A stretch of 63,222 bases of DNA, filler included, from Stramenopiles sp. TOSAG23-2 (taxonomy: Eukaryota): NCBI GenBank assembly GCA_900128395.1. It is 2 parts of 2 records of this genome, joined end to end, with 100 filler letters (N's around TTAATTAATTAA, not from the genome) between each part and the next. Parts side by side here need not be neighbours in the genome. Positions count along the whole stretch, not along the records: positions 31,742 to 63,222 come from LT649370.1; 1 more part is not named here. The stretch is one strand, 5' to 3'. The notes beneath the pieces are model-generated. The model saw only the letters and a list, made by a program, of their open reading frames with translations. It was not told where the DNA came from and did no database searches. The first letter of the stretch is position 1; each line of letters begins with the position of its first letter. Position numbers and translations under genes: made by a program. Below, one piece after another: positions 31,742 through 44,390 of the stretch.

Positions 31742-34354
31742 TTCAGTGACGCCTTTGAAATATTCGTCGTTTTGATCATTACTACCATCGGTTTTTTTTT
31801 CCACATATGTGGCTGGATTAGATAATGAGGTTGCATACTTTTCATTGCCCCATTCTTTTGATCCGAAAGCTTCATTTAGCTTACTACCCCCAAAACAAAA
31901 TGTTAGCTTACAGCTTTTAAATTTCTCATCAAAATTTAACTTCCAGTTAACAAAATATTCAAACTGATATAGATTGTAAATATCCGAGCTGACAGTTTTT
32001 GATAATGGTCTGATGTTAAACGTAAAACGATAATTGAAATTTCTAAACATAAAGAAAGTTTCTAAGACTCTTGCATCTGCATTGTCCTTTACACTACCTA
32101 AGCAGTTGATCGTATACCATGCCATGAATTTTTGTATATCTGCAATTTGACTTAAGTCTTGTCTCTTCGCAACAACTTTTTTTACATTTGAAGGATTCGT
32201 TTGCAATATGCTACAGCCCGCTTCTTTACTTTTCTCAATTAAAACTTGCTGAAATTTCAAAGTAGTATCTTTTGCAGTAAATTGGTTTTCCGGTGATCTC
32301 GTACTATCAAATAGTGCTTTGTCTGTATTGAATTTCATGGCATTGATAAAGTCGCATATTACGCCACGTGCTTTTGCTAAATATGGTTTATCGAGAATAA
32401 GTTCAGCGGTAAAAATAGAGAACTCTTGTAATTCTCTTGGTGTGAATGTGGTGAATCCATATTTACCATCACCAATTTCACCACGTAACATTTGACCTAA
32501 GGAAAAATCAACTGTTGCAAGTTGTTTTTGTATTTCTACGCGTGCTGCTCGTATCGTCTTGGAACTACGATCATATTTTACTACATTTAATGGGTCATTA
32601 TCATCCTCTTGCGATGGCGGTCCCATTCGGATTAAATGATAGAAACTACACATTATAGCAGCATGCGTAATAACACGGGTTGGTTGACTGCCGCTTAAAA
32701 CCATACCTTCACAAGCAGAAGTGTAAATTGCACTTAACGAATTCAAAATGTTTCTTAAGGTGTAAAACATTGCAGATGAATTATTCACAGCCCAACATTT
32801 AGATGCCAGAGCATTAACGTCATTATTATTCCATACTGGTAATGGAATTAACTGTAAAAAGATATATTCAATTAACGATGCAATTTCAATTAATCTTGTA
32901 CCAATCCTGACAGCCTTGTCTGAATGTACATTTTCACATAATGTTTTTGTAGCTGTTAATGTTTTTAAAAGTTTTTCGGCAGAATCAATTTCTTCTTTTT
33001 TTTTTGGTAAAATGGAATAATCAAGTTTTGGTGGCTCCTCGCGTTTATTTGCCGGACCGTGAAACTTTCTCAAATTCACATTAGCAGTATTTCCTAATAT
33101 TTTTGGATTCATGAAAAAGTTTCCACCATCAACAGCATCGTTCTCCGCTGTGCAATTTTTAATCGTTTCTTTCATCCAGAGATTCCTATTTTCCCCATCT
33201 CCAAAAATCGGCAATGTAGACACTAATTCTTCCACACGCTCAATTTCTTTCACCACATCTTGCAATACACCTTCGCCCATACGGCCAGCCTTGCTTTCCT
33301 TTACTGCTGAGTAACCCAATTGATTTGCTGATAGACGAACAAGTGATATTTGCGATGGGTACAAACCACGTTGAGATGGATCGTCAATATTTGACTCCTT
33401 CACTGATTCGTGACATTTTTCCAAATCTTCGATCACACGATGTACATACCCACGTCGAATAATATGTAACATTTGTTTGACTTGATCTTGCTTTAAACCC
33501 AAACGTCTCATTGAATACCTCATAGCAGTAAGTATACAACGGTAATAACAAACACCACTGCGTTGCAATGTTTCTGGTATCATGTAAGGATCTTCACCTG
33601 AACTTTTTACTGCAGTTTCGAGAGAACAACCTAACAAACCAGGTAGAACCACTTCATAAAATATTTTTTCATCATGATCTTTGTGACCAAAAGCCCTTAT
33701 GCGAAACAAGAAGTATAACCACACCGTATCTGTAATTTTTTCAAGTGGAATATTGTTAAGTCGCATACATGTATGCCGTTTGATTTTATCTGAACCCACG
33801 CCTGGATGATAACCTACCCCTTGGCCAGTGTTACATACAATAAAACTTACTTCTGTTTCCGAAGTGCGTTCGACAATATACATAATAGCATGACCGCCAT
33901 TTGTACCGCTCCAACCGCCACACCATATACAGAAATCTTCGACTTCGAGGGCTTTGACTTGATCAGCTCTTGCCTTTAAGTAATTTGAAAAGGATTTAGA
34001 AGTATGGTCACCACGAAAAGACGTATTTGGCGATTTACTTAACTTTCCAAGTACTTTACGATAGGTCGATAGATCATTGTCATCAAACAGTGACAAAGCC
34101 TCGCTTCCTTTCAACTTGGATATAATTTCTTCCGCTACTTCGATCATTTCTGGAATAGATTGTTCCGTTTGACCACCTTCCAAGTCAGTGGACATAACAA
34201 AATTGTCTCCAAATGTACCAAAGAAGGCTTTTGAGCACCACATTGGGTTGCGGTCACCATCAGCTTCTTCAGCCGATGCTGTGGTAACCATTATAATTCT
34301 TTGTGCTTTTTCGTGAGCTTGCTCTCTTGGAGATAAATTATTTAAATCTGCCAT
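31742..34354 (-). CDS. N-terminal part of a large protein with a putative cysteine protease/deubiquitinase-like domain; 3' end truncated
   Basis: ORF of more than 860 codons running into the gap; GGHAI, FIVCNTGxG and QRSGVC motifs in H-N-Q-C order. Likely start MADLNN at 34354. Confidence 0.7.
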
Positions 34355-34443
34355 TTTTCTAAATTTTTTGTTTTTATATTTATGTATATTCACTTTAAAA
34401 ACCTAGCAAACAAAAGGAGACGTATGAAATTTTTATGTTTTAC

Positions 34444-34635
34444 AATGTGATTGCAATATTATACAGTATTAATATATGAAGAACGTTGTTTCGTATGGAT
34501 TATGTAATTCATCCAACTAAAGATACGAATCTTTTATATAATGTGATTGCAATATTATACAGTATTAATATATGAAGAACGTTGTTTCGTATGGATTATG
34601 TAATTCATCCAACTAAAGATACGAATCTTTTATAT
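34444..34635. repeat. Exact tandem duplication of a 96-bp unit
   Basis: 34444-34539 is identical to 34540-34635. Confidence 0.9.
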
Positions 34636-34706
34636 CTGTAAAATCAATATTAATATCTTCAGAGGAGAAAAAAAAGGTGCAAAGATATACCCCAGGTAAA
34701 GAATGG

Positions 34707-34730
34707 TAGAGAGGATCCGGATCCTCTCTA
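34707..34730. mobile_element. 24-bp perfect palindrome flanked by an 8-bp direct repeat (hAT-like micro-element or footprint)
   Basis: AAGAATGG | TAGAGAGGATCCGGATCCTCTCTA | AAGAATGG. Confidence 0.55.
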
Positions 34731-35164
34731 AAGAATGGTGGCTACCTGGTAGCTAGAAGATTTCTAATTAAAAACTGCTGGTGTGTTAGTGTGGTGTGTC
34801 GTTGGTTTCCGCCGGGCTTGCCAGCTTGGCACCTTAATTATTGCTGAATGTCTGCTGGTTTCTCTCTGGCTGGTCTGAATCTTCTTTTTTGTGTGTGTGA
34901 AAAAAAAATAAAAATCATCATCATCAAAAAAAAATTGATGTAGTTGTTGTGTGAAATAAAATTTTTTATAAAAAATTGCTGCCAGAGTTCTTGGTTGGAT
35001 CGAGGATCGAGGAGTGATGTGTGAATGTGTGAGAAGGAAAATATACAACTAACAAGTAAAATTGATCTTACATAACGTAAAACAATAGGTACATACATTG
35101 TATGCATTTCATATAAATATATAAAACAACTAGATAAATTATAATAATATTTTAAAATACCAAT

Positions 35165-37171
35165 ATGTCGTTATCGACATATCGACGTGCTTATTATGAT
35201 ATGCTCGTTGATTTAGGTAGTAGATTTTTATCTATACGGCGTTGGAAAATATTAATAGCGTTTTATGGGAGTGTATTTCTTGGAGCAACGGGATATTCCT
35301 ATTATCTGCATTTCTTTTCTTCTTTTAAATCAAGCAAAAAGAAGAAAAAGAAGAAAAAACGTACTGGTACTGGTATTATTGAAGAGCTAAAACGGTTATT
35401 ACCATTGTCTTTTGGACATACAATTTTTTCTAGTTCATTTGGCCATTTCATTTTATACAGCAGTATGCTATTTATTCGTGTTTTAACATATGCACAATTG
35501 GCCGATATAGGGGCTATTGGAATGAAATGTTTAGTAAATAAAGATTGGGACTTGCTATTTTTGACTCAGTCAAGGTTCATGACATTATGCATCCCAGTTT
35601 CCATGGTAAATGCATTTGCAAGATATGAGCAACATCAATTAGCATTATCTATTAGATCTAATTTATTAACTTACATCAATAGCTGTTACTTAAATAAATA
35701 CGCAACGTTCTACAGGGTCAATAGTTTTGGGAAAAAATTATTAAGTACTGTTGATCAAAGGGTAACAACGGATATTGAACAATTTTCAGAGAAACTAGCA
35801 GAAACTTGGGGTTCTATGTTACGTCCAACATTTGAAATTGTGGTTTACTCATATAATATATACATAAATTTAGGCTTGCCCCAATTAGTTTTTTTCATTG
35901 GATATTTTTTTGGTACTAGCATTTGGTTAAAATCTATAATGCCCCATTTCGGAAAAATGTTAAGTAAAAGTAAAGATTTGGAAGGTAAATTTCGTCAGAA
36001 TCATTCCTCCATAATTGAACATAGTGAGGAAATTGCATTTTTAAAAGGTGGAGAAGTTGAAAATAAAAGATGCGAAGAAACTTTTAAAGAAATAAAACAG
36101 AATAGGCACAAAGTTCTCGAAAATCGAATGCTAATCAGTTTCCTAGATACGACAGCTATTAAACATTTTGGTACATTAGTTAGCTATGAAGTGATGATAC
36201 CGGCAATGTATCTGGGTCGTGAAGGTATTAAATTGGAAACACATGGAGATAGAACTCAATTTTTAATTCAAGCTATACAATACTTTACATCGCTTGGAAA
36301 TGCTTTGAATACCCTTTATAATGCAGTCTACGTTGGCTTCACTGAACTAGCAGGTATGACAACTCGTGTAGTTGAATTAATTGATGAATTAGAAAGACGT
36401 GGAGGCAATGATGATGGAAATGACTTGGTTGCAAAAATGTTTGTTGAAAAGCATAGGCTATTATTAAGAAATAACAACAGATTAAATCAACCACAACGAT
36501 TTAATTCAAAAAATATTTTATTTAATAAAGTAACAATTTTTTCCCCAGAAGGAAGATTGCTTGTGAAAGATTTGAATTTAAGTATTTGTCAAGGGGAAAA
36601 TTTAATCATCGAAGGTCCTAATGGCGCAGGAAAAAGTTCTCTTCTTCGAACTATTGGCGGTCTTTGGCCTTTACTTAGTGGCGCGTTGCATTCACCACAA
36701 GATGGCATTGTTTTTGTACCACAAAAACCATACGTATTTAAAGGCAGTTTAGTTGAGCAAATTGTTTATCCAGATGAAGAACTAACATTGAATGGTACTA
36801 CTGTGAAAAAAAACACACCACATTTGGAAAGTTTATTAAAGAAAGTTGGATTGGACGTAAAGAAATTGCTTCCAAAAGAGAATCAATGGAATGATGTTCT
36901 TCCATGGAACGATATATTAAGTGGTGGTGAGCGACAACGATTAGCACTGGCACGTGTATTGTATCATTCTCCACAATATGTTTGCTTAGATGAAGCGACT
37001 AGTGCCATAAGTAAAGATATAGAAACAACATTATTTGAGCTATGCAAGCAGCAAAATATAACTTTAATTAGCGTAAGTCATCGCCCATACTTACGACGTT
37101 TTCATTCACAAGTTTTAACCATCAAAGGTGATGGCAAAGGTAGTTGGGAGGTTAAGCAGGTAGAAAATTAA
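35165..37171 (+). CDS. ABCD: Peroxisomal ABC transporter subfamily D half-transporter
   Basis: DQRVTTDIEQF, EEIAFLKGG (EAA-like loop), GPNGAGKSS Walker A, LSGGERQRLALAR signature, LDEATSA Walker B. Confidence 0.92.
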   Translation: MSLSTYRRAYYDMLVDLGSRFLSIRRWKILIAFYGSVFLGATGYSYYLHFFSSFKSSKKKKKKKKRTGTGIIEELKRLLPLSFGHTIFSSSFGHFILYSSMLFIRVLTYAQLADIGAIGMKCLVNKDWDLLFLTQSRFMTLCIPVSMVNAFARYEQHQLALSIRSNLLTYINSCYLNKYATFYRVNSFGKKLLSTVDQRVTTDIEQFSEKLAETWGSMLRPTFEIVVYSYNIYINLGLPQLVFFIGYFFGTSIWLKSIMPHFGKMLSKSKDLEGKFRQNHSSIIEHSEEIAFLKGGEVENKRCEETFKEIKQNRHKVLENRMLISFLDTTAIKHFGTLVSYEVMIPAMYLGREGIKLETHGDRTQFLIQAIQYFTSLGNALNTLYNAVYVGFTELAGMTTRVVELIDELERRGGNDDGNDLVAKMFVEKHRLLLRNNNRLNQPQRFNSKNILFNKVTIFSPEGRLLVKDLNLSICQGENLIIEGPNGAGKSSLLRTIGGLWPLLSGALHSPQDGIVFVPQKPYVFKGSLVEQIVYPDEELTLNGTTVKKNTPHLESLLKKVGLDVKKLLPKENQWNDVLPWNDILSGGERQRLALARVLYHSPQYVCLDEATSAISKDIETTLFELCKQQNITLISVSHRPYLRRFHSQVLTIKGDGKGSWEVKQVEN

Positions 37172-37385
37172 AAAATAATTGTGTTTTATGAGTGCAGTTT
37201 TTTTGATATTTTATATATACTTCGTATATATATACGAGTATATACATTCGTATATGAAAAAGTAATTTTTTACGAACGTACGAGACGTATATTTTTTATA
37301 TTATATAAAATAAAATCTTGTGAGATATTGATATGATATATTTTACGAAAATATACGCGTATAATATTTTAATATATATATAAAG

Positions 37386-37639
37386 GATGGTTAAAATCTA
37401 AAGTTATATTGGTATAAATTTTTACTTCCCGTGCTAAGTAGAGACTAATATGCTCAATACTCAATCTCAAGAATATGACATAATATATATAATATATATT
37501 ATTATATATTATTTGCAGAGGTGCATTAGAGCTTTACTACAGTAGGATAGAATATATTATTTCTTGCGATTGAGTATTGAGCATAATTAACTTAACACGG
37601 GAAGTGTAAAATTATTATAACTTTTAGATTTTAACCATC
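37386..37639. repeat. Dispersed repeat family, inverted pair D (minus-strand partial copy 37386-37475, plus-strand copy 37512-37639)
   Basis: Begins GATGGTTAAAATCTAAAG and ends CTTTTAGATTTTAACCATC; ACTTCCCGTG/CACGGGAAGT and GCTCAATACTCAATC/GATTGAGTATTGAGC are reverse complements. Confidence 0.88.
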
Positions 37640-37686
37640 ATACATTATATAAATATAAATTATGTCTAATATAGAATTTTAATATT

Positions 37687-38454
37687 TCACTTCTTTTTCG
37701 ACGCTTTCAATATGGCACTATATGGTAATTGATTATCAACACTTCTTTCCTCATCTGGCCAATATCCTATGCCATCATCTACAAAATCTTCAAGATGAAG
37801 TAATGATGGACCTCTCACTAACTTTTTGTTTGATGCCAAAGATGGGGAATACATTAGCGTATTTGCAATTAATCGTTCCGCCATAGGACTATTTTTTCCG
37901 CGAGCTAACTTTGTACTAGATGGTGATGACGTGGCTTTTTTCTTCCATGGTTTACTTTCAATAATTTTTCTTTCACTCTCCGGTAACCAAGGATCATCAA
38001 CGTGGGTCATCACATTAAGGCGCTTACAATGTCTATAAAAAGCTTCATTCCATTCGTTTCCTTGATTTAAGTTTGGAATAACTTTCTTCAACCTTTCTCT
38101 TTCATCTTTATGATTTTGTGCTGTTTTCTTACGTTTTCTTTCATCATCAGCTTCTTTATAGGTGCGACTAAGTTCGTATATTTTATCAGTGACTTTGCAA
38201 AAGTGTTTATGCCTTTTAATTTGTGTTCCTACGTAGGATGTTGCACTATTTATTAAATTGTTATGCATTTTCATTTGTTTTTTTCTCCATTTTACAGTTG
38301 CTGCACCCTCTTTATATCCTAAAGCTTTGCCTTGCTTTTTTTCTAATTCGGTTAAATGCTTAATTTTCCGTCTACAGTATTTTTTTATTTCTGGTGAACG
38401 TGGATGAATGTCAAAACCACCACCTCTTCTAGGATTGCCTTCCATGTCAAACAT
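37687..38454 (-). CDS. Hypothetical basic protein (255 aa)
   Basis: ATG-initiated ORF with coding-like composition; no family recognised. Confidence 0.7.
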   Translation of the reverse strand: MFDMEGNPRRGGGFDIHPRSPEIKKYCRRKIKHLTELEKKQGKALGYKEGAATVKWRKKQMKMHNNLINSATSYVGTQIKRHKHFCKVTDKIYELSRTYKEADDERKRKKTAQNHKDERERLKKVIPNLNQGNEWNEAFYRHCKRLNVMTHVDDPWLPESERKIIESKPWKKKATSSPSSTKLARGKNSPMAERLIANTLMYSPSLASNKKLVRGPSLLHLEDFVDDGIGYWPDEERSVDNQLPYSAILKASKKK

Positions 38455-39092
38455 ATTTACTTGTTCTTATTCTTATTGCGTAATATGAAAGTTGTAGCTA
38501 GTACAAGCAATTAATAAATATATCAAAGAGAAGACTATATATATATATTTAGTTGTTTTGAACTTATATTAGTTTTATTATTATATGTTATTATTATTAT
38601 TAGTCTATCCAGGGCTCCTCGTATGTTAATAAAAAAAACAAAAAAAAAAAATGCTGTGTTATACGCAGACTTTATAAGGAGGACATAGTATTATAAATTA
38701 TACCTTAAATACAGTATCAACAAAGAGAACAACAGAGTTTTTATTTTACAGTAGTAATTTTAAATTACAAAACTTGTTTTTTTTCTTTTCGTATTAGTAT
38801 AATAGTATTAACCAGAAGACGCTCCCGAACGGATTTATTATATCCTAGCACGTAAATATCATTGTTATCTCGCATAACAATGGAGATACGAAAGCTTCTT
38901 CTAGTACTGGTGCTATTACTACCTGGTTAGACTATAGAATAAACAACAATAATATATATATATACACACACGCATACACATACATAACCATAGAAAACTC
39001 CATCTGAATCTCAAAAACAACATCATATTGCTAGACAATAGAAGAAATACACTGTAAATATTTTATAAATAAAGCAGAATAATACTGAAAAC

Positions 39093-42000
39093 ATGCCATC
39101 AGAAGAAAAAAAATTAGAAAGAACATTATTGTTTAAAGATTTTTCTAAACATGTTATGCCAGTTGATTTCGTCAACCGAACTGGTTATGGTGGTGTCCCT
39201 GGATATACTAAACCACCAGATGTAAAACAACGTAGAAGAGCACGGGATTTATCCCAAACAAACATGAGAAAAGCAGCTGGTCATAAAACGTTTGAGCAGC
39301 TAGAAGAAATATTAAGATCGAAAATTATGGAGAAAACTAAAAGCGGCGGTCTCGTTTTATTCCGCATGTTTCGTAAGTTTGATACAAATAAAGATGGTGT
39401 AATAGACTTTGACGAGTTTGACGTCGGAATGCGTAAATGGAATATGAACTTAGAAAGAGAAGAATTAAAACAATTATTCGATAGGTATGATAAGACCGGC
39501 AAAGGTCATATAAGTTACTATGAGTTTATACGACATTTGTTACCAGATGATTTCGTATCTCTAGAGGATATGAAAGGTTTAGGTGGTTTACCTGGACAGA
39601 GCAAATTTGATCGATCAAAAGCAATACTCGAAAGAGCAGCAAAACGTGCGGAGCAAAAGGCTAAAATAGCCCATCTAGGCCTTGGTACACATTCAGACAT
39701 AGAGGCAATGCTACGTTCAAAAATCAATGGAAAAACTAAAGCTGGAGGATCAATGTTATTTCGTACTTTTAGAAAATTTGATGTAAATAAAGATGGCGTA
39801 ATAGATTTTATGGAGTTTAAAAATATTATGAATAAATGGAATTTAAATTTGGATGATAACACATTGCGAGAATTATTCAAAAGATACGACAAAAATGGCA
39901 ACAACCATATTAAATATTATGAATTTCTACAGCATTTGCTGCCATCTGACTTTCCAGATGAAAAATCATTTATGGAGTCTATGGCAAACGATGGTAGATC
40001 ATCACCGATACCATCTAGCCCATTTACACAAGGAGCAAAATCTGCCTATGAAGTAGCAAATCTACGTAGATTGCATAATTCATCAAGCGGCATGAAAGGT
40101 TTAGATTCATTTGCCCATCTTGAAGAAATTTTAAGAGAAAAAATAAACGGAAAAACTAAAGCTGGTGGCGCATCATTGTTTCGTACATTTCGTAAATTTG
40201 ATACAAACAAAGATGGTGTTATTGATTTTGATGAGTTTAAAACAATAATGCATAAATGGAACTTAAACATGGATGATCAAACTTTATGGAAAATGTTTCA
40301 TAGATATGATAAGGAAAAAAATGGACATATAAAATATTATGAATTTATCAAGCATTTATTGCCTGATGATTTTATATCAAAGGAAAAACTAGTAAAAATG
40401 GGTGGAATGCCCGGTGGTACGGAAGATAGAAACCAAAGAAAGATTGCACAACGTAAAGCCGCAAGTCGAGTTGCTAGAAGTGCTATGATATCATCACAAA
40501 CAATTTCGCTAGATGCTTTAGAAGATATTTTACAACAAAAAATTATGCAGAAAACTAAAGGAGGTCCGCGTGAACTTTATTTAGCTTTCCAAAAATTCGA
40601 CGATGATGGAAGCGGGGATATTACATTTGAAGAGTTCAATAGAGTTGTTAGATACCACTTTAACCTTGAGTTATCGTCCGTGCGTATGAGACAATTATAT
40701 GAAAGATTCATGCCAAAATTAAAAGGTAGAGGCGGTGGTAGAAATGCATTAAGTGCAACGGATATAGCAAACTTGCCAATCAAAGCTACAATAGTTTCAA
40801 GAAATGACAAGAATTCAATGGAATCGTCAAGGAAAAAGCAATTAACGAACAGTACAAAACACAGAAGAATCGCAGAACATACTGTTGGTAAACAAATTAT
40901 TAAATTGGTGAAAAAAAAATACTCACAAATGTTAAAAAACTTAAATGAAGTTAGCCGCCATTCGACTGGTCTGGTAACTAGGGCAGAATTGCGATTTGTT
41001 ATATGTCAAATGGGTGTTAATTGTAATGACAGTGATTGCTTAGAAATTGCTAGATTAGCCGATTGCAATCGACGTGGAAGTGTTGAATATAAAGTCCTAC
41101 TTGACATCTTAAATATGCAAATAAATAATTTACACAAAAATAAATCAACGGAGTTCAAACGCCCAGGTAGTGCAAAATATCTTGCTTTAAACAGTAGTAG
41201 AAGACTTCGACAGTCGCAATCTAATGATTCCATGGCTTCCACATTGCATTCTACATTACATGCACCACCTGCTAAAGAGCTGGAAGATATAAGAAAGAAA
41301 TTGAATAAATCATGGAAACAAATCTTAGGTCGCTTAAAAGGGCAAGATACACGAAGAAAAGGTGTCTTGTCACCTAATACTTTCCGAAAGGTGCTTACTA
41401 GATTTCATATATATTTATCTGATCACATGATGAGACATTTTAAATCATTATTTGCTAGCAAAAAGTCGAAGCGTAAAGGTATTTCATATACAAAATTCAT
41501 CAAATATTTTACTGTTGAATATGGCAATACTACGTTTAAACGCCCTGTTAAATATGTGCCACGTCGAGTTTCAATGTCGAGAGGAAAATCGATGCCAATT
41601 TTGTCCAGTAGTCGCAAACAGCAAAATGTTTCAAAGGTAAAAAAAAGACTTGTACAAAAAATTGAACGCCAAGTAAAACAGTTAACAACGACAAATCCAA
41701 ATCCGTTTGGCGATAGAGTTAAATTAGCATCGTCACAAGGAAGAAGAAGTCTCCATACTACAGATATGAAAAAAAACAATAGTCTTCGTAGCCTTAAAAA
41801 CGTTATTACCCCAATAAATAATAATAGTACCCTAAATAGCACATTACAAAGTAGCTTGGATGTAGTTTCTACCGCTCGCAGCGGTCGTAGTAACAATTTG
41901 GACACGTCTAGCGTAATGTCAACAAGTAGAAGTTTTCAAGCATATCCAAGCATGGTGGTACAAGCTGATGCATTGTTTGATCCTTCCTCTTCATTTCGAT

Positions 42001-42272
42001 TAAAGCATACAGATCAATCTAAAGCAGTGTGCCAGAAGTTAAAGTCTAGAATGATGCAAATGTGGAAGCCTATACGACTAGAGTTGCGTAGATTAGATCC
42101 TAAACGTAAAGGATTTATCTCTGGCCGTAAGTTTCGCGAAATATTAGCAAGATATTCAATTTCGATGACTGAAAATGAATTCTTTTCTATTTTAGAAGTT
42201 TTTGAGAAAAAACCACGTACCTCAGGGCAAAAGATCAATTATGATTTGTTCATTAAAGAATGTATTGCATAA
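39093..42272 (+). CDS. Multi-EF-hand calcium-binding protein (EFCAB6/calcyphosin-like)
   Basis: Three near-identical FRKFDxNKDGVIDFxEF / RYDKxGxGHIxYYEF units plus further degenerate EF-hand pairs. Confidence 0.9.
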   Translation: MPSEEKKLERTLLFKDFSKHVMPVDFVNRTGYGGVPGYTKPPDVKQRRRARDLSQTNMRKAAGHKTFEQLEEILRSKIMEKTKSGGLVLFRMFRKFDTNKDGVIDFDEFDVGMRKWNMNLEREELKQLFDRYDKTGKGHISYYEFIRHLLPDDFVSLEDMKGLGGLPGQSKFDRSKAILERAAKRAEQKAKIAHLGLGTHSDIEAMLRSKINGKTKAGGSMLFRTFRKFDVNKDGVIDFMEFKNIMNKWNLNLDDNTLRELFKRYDKNGNNHIKYYEFLQHLLPSDFPDEKSFMESMANDGRSSPIPSSPFTQGAKSAYEVANLRRLHNSSSGMKGLDSFAHLEEILREKINGKTKAGGASLFRTFRKFDTNKDGVIDFDEFKTIMHKWNLNMDDQTLWKMFHRYDKEKNGHIKYYEFIKHLLPDDFISKEKLVKMGGMPGGTEDRNQRKIAQRKAASRVARSAMISSQTISLDALEDILQQKIMQKTKGGPRELYLAFQKFDDDGSGDITFEEFNRVVRYHFNLELSSVRMRQLYERFMPKLKGRGGGRNALSATDIANLPIKATIVSRNDKNSMESSRKKQLTNSTKHRRIAEHTVGKQIIKLVKKKYSQMLKNLNEVSRHSTGLVTRAELRFVICQMGVNCNDSDCLEIARLADCNRRGSVEYKVLLDILNMQINNLHKNKSTEFKRPGSAKYLALNSSRRLRQSQSNDSMASTLHSTLHAPPAKELEDIRKKLNKSWKQILGRLKGQDTRRKGVLSPNTFRKVLTRFHIYLSDHMMRHFKSLFASKKSKRKGISYTKFIKYFTVEYGNTTFKRPVKYVPRRVSMSRGKSMPILSSSRKQQNVSKVKKRLVQKIERQVKQLTTTNPNPFGDRVKLASSQGRRSLHTTDMKKNNSLRSLKNVITPINNNSTLNSTLQSSLDVVSTARSGRSNNLDTSSVMSTSRSFQAYPSMVVQADALFDPSSSFRLKHTDQSKAVCQKLKSRMMQMWKPIRLELRRLDPKRKGFISGRKFREILARYSISMTENEFFSILEVFEKKPRTSGQKINYDLFIKECIA

Positions 42273-42941
42273 AATTTTTTTTAAATTAAATATATATAAA
42301 AAAATATATTAAATTTTATTTTTAACGTGCACCTCAGTAATTTTTTGAGCGTGGTGTGCATGTGTGTGTAATTTTATCATGTAAATATATTTTTCAATAA
42401 AATTAAAAAAACATCTCGTATACATACTGAAAAGTTTTTATCACATATACGAGAGTATATGTACGTTCGTACTGATATAATATTTTTATACGAATATGAT
42501 ATACGATATTTTACAATAAAGCACTCTGGTATCATATACGAAGTATTATTATGCGTAAATTAAATTACGAAGATTATATATATATATCAGATTGATTAAA
42601 GAATGTGATTTACAACTTTATGAAGGAGGACCTCTTTCATTTAGCTCTGAATCACAGACAGAGGAAACATCTTTTGAATACTAAATAATTTTTACTAAAA
42701 TTTATAAATCATTTTTGATTTGAGATGTTAATAAACGGGAGTAAAAGAATTTTATATAACATATGAGTAAGAGAAAAACACATATATATATATATATTTC
42801 TGGTAATTCCATACATATATATATACAATATGAGTAAATAAAATCTTTAAATTATAAATAAGAGAATTTTTTATATCATAATGATAAATTTTACACACAC
42901 ACATATATTTTTGTAATATTTCTCTTTTCTCTCTTCTTGTA

Positions 42942-44390
<1,449 letters not shown>

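Noticed and set aside
20428..34635. Three exact tandem duplications of 96-118 bp (20428, 27033, 34444) as a biological repeat system
   Set aside because: Zero divergence, exactly two copies each and k-mer/read-scale lengths are typical of assembly or scaffolding artefacts; not accepted without read support.
42715..42750. Possible sixth copy of the dispersed repeat (ACGGGAGTAAAA)
   Set aside because: Only ~12 bp of similarity; too weak to call, although it is also in a convergent interval.
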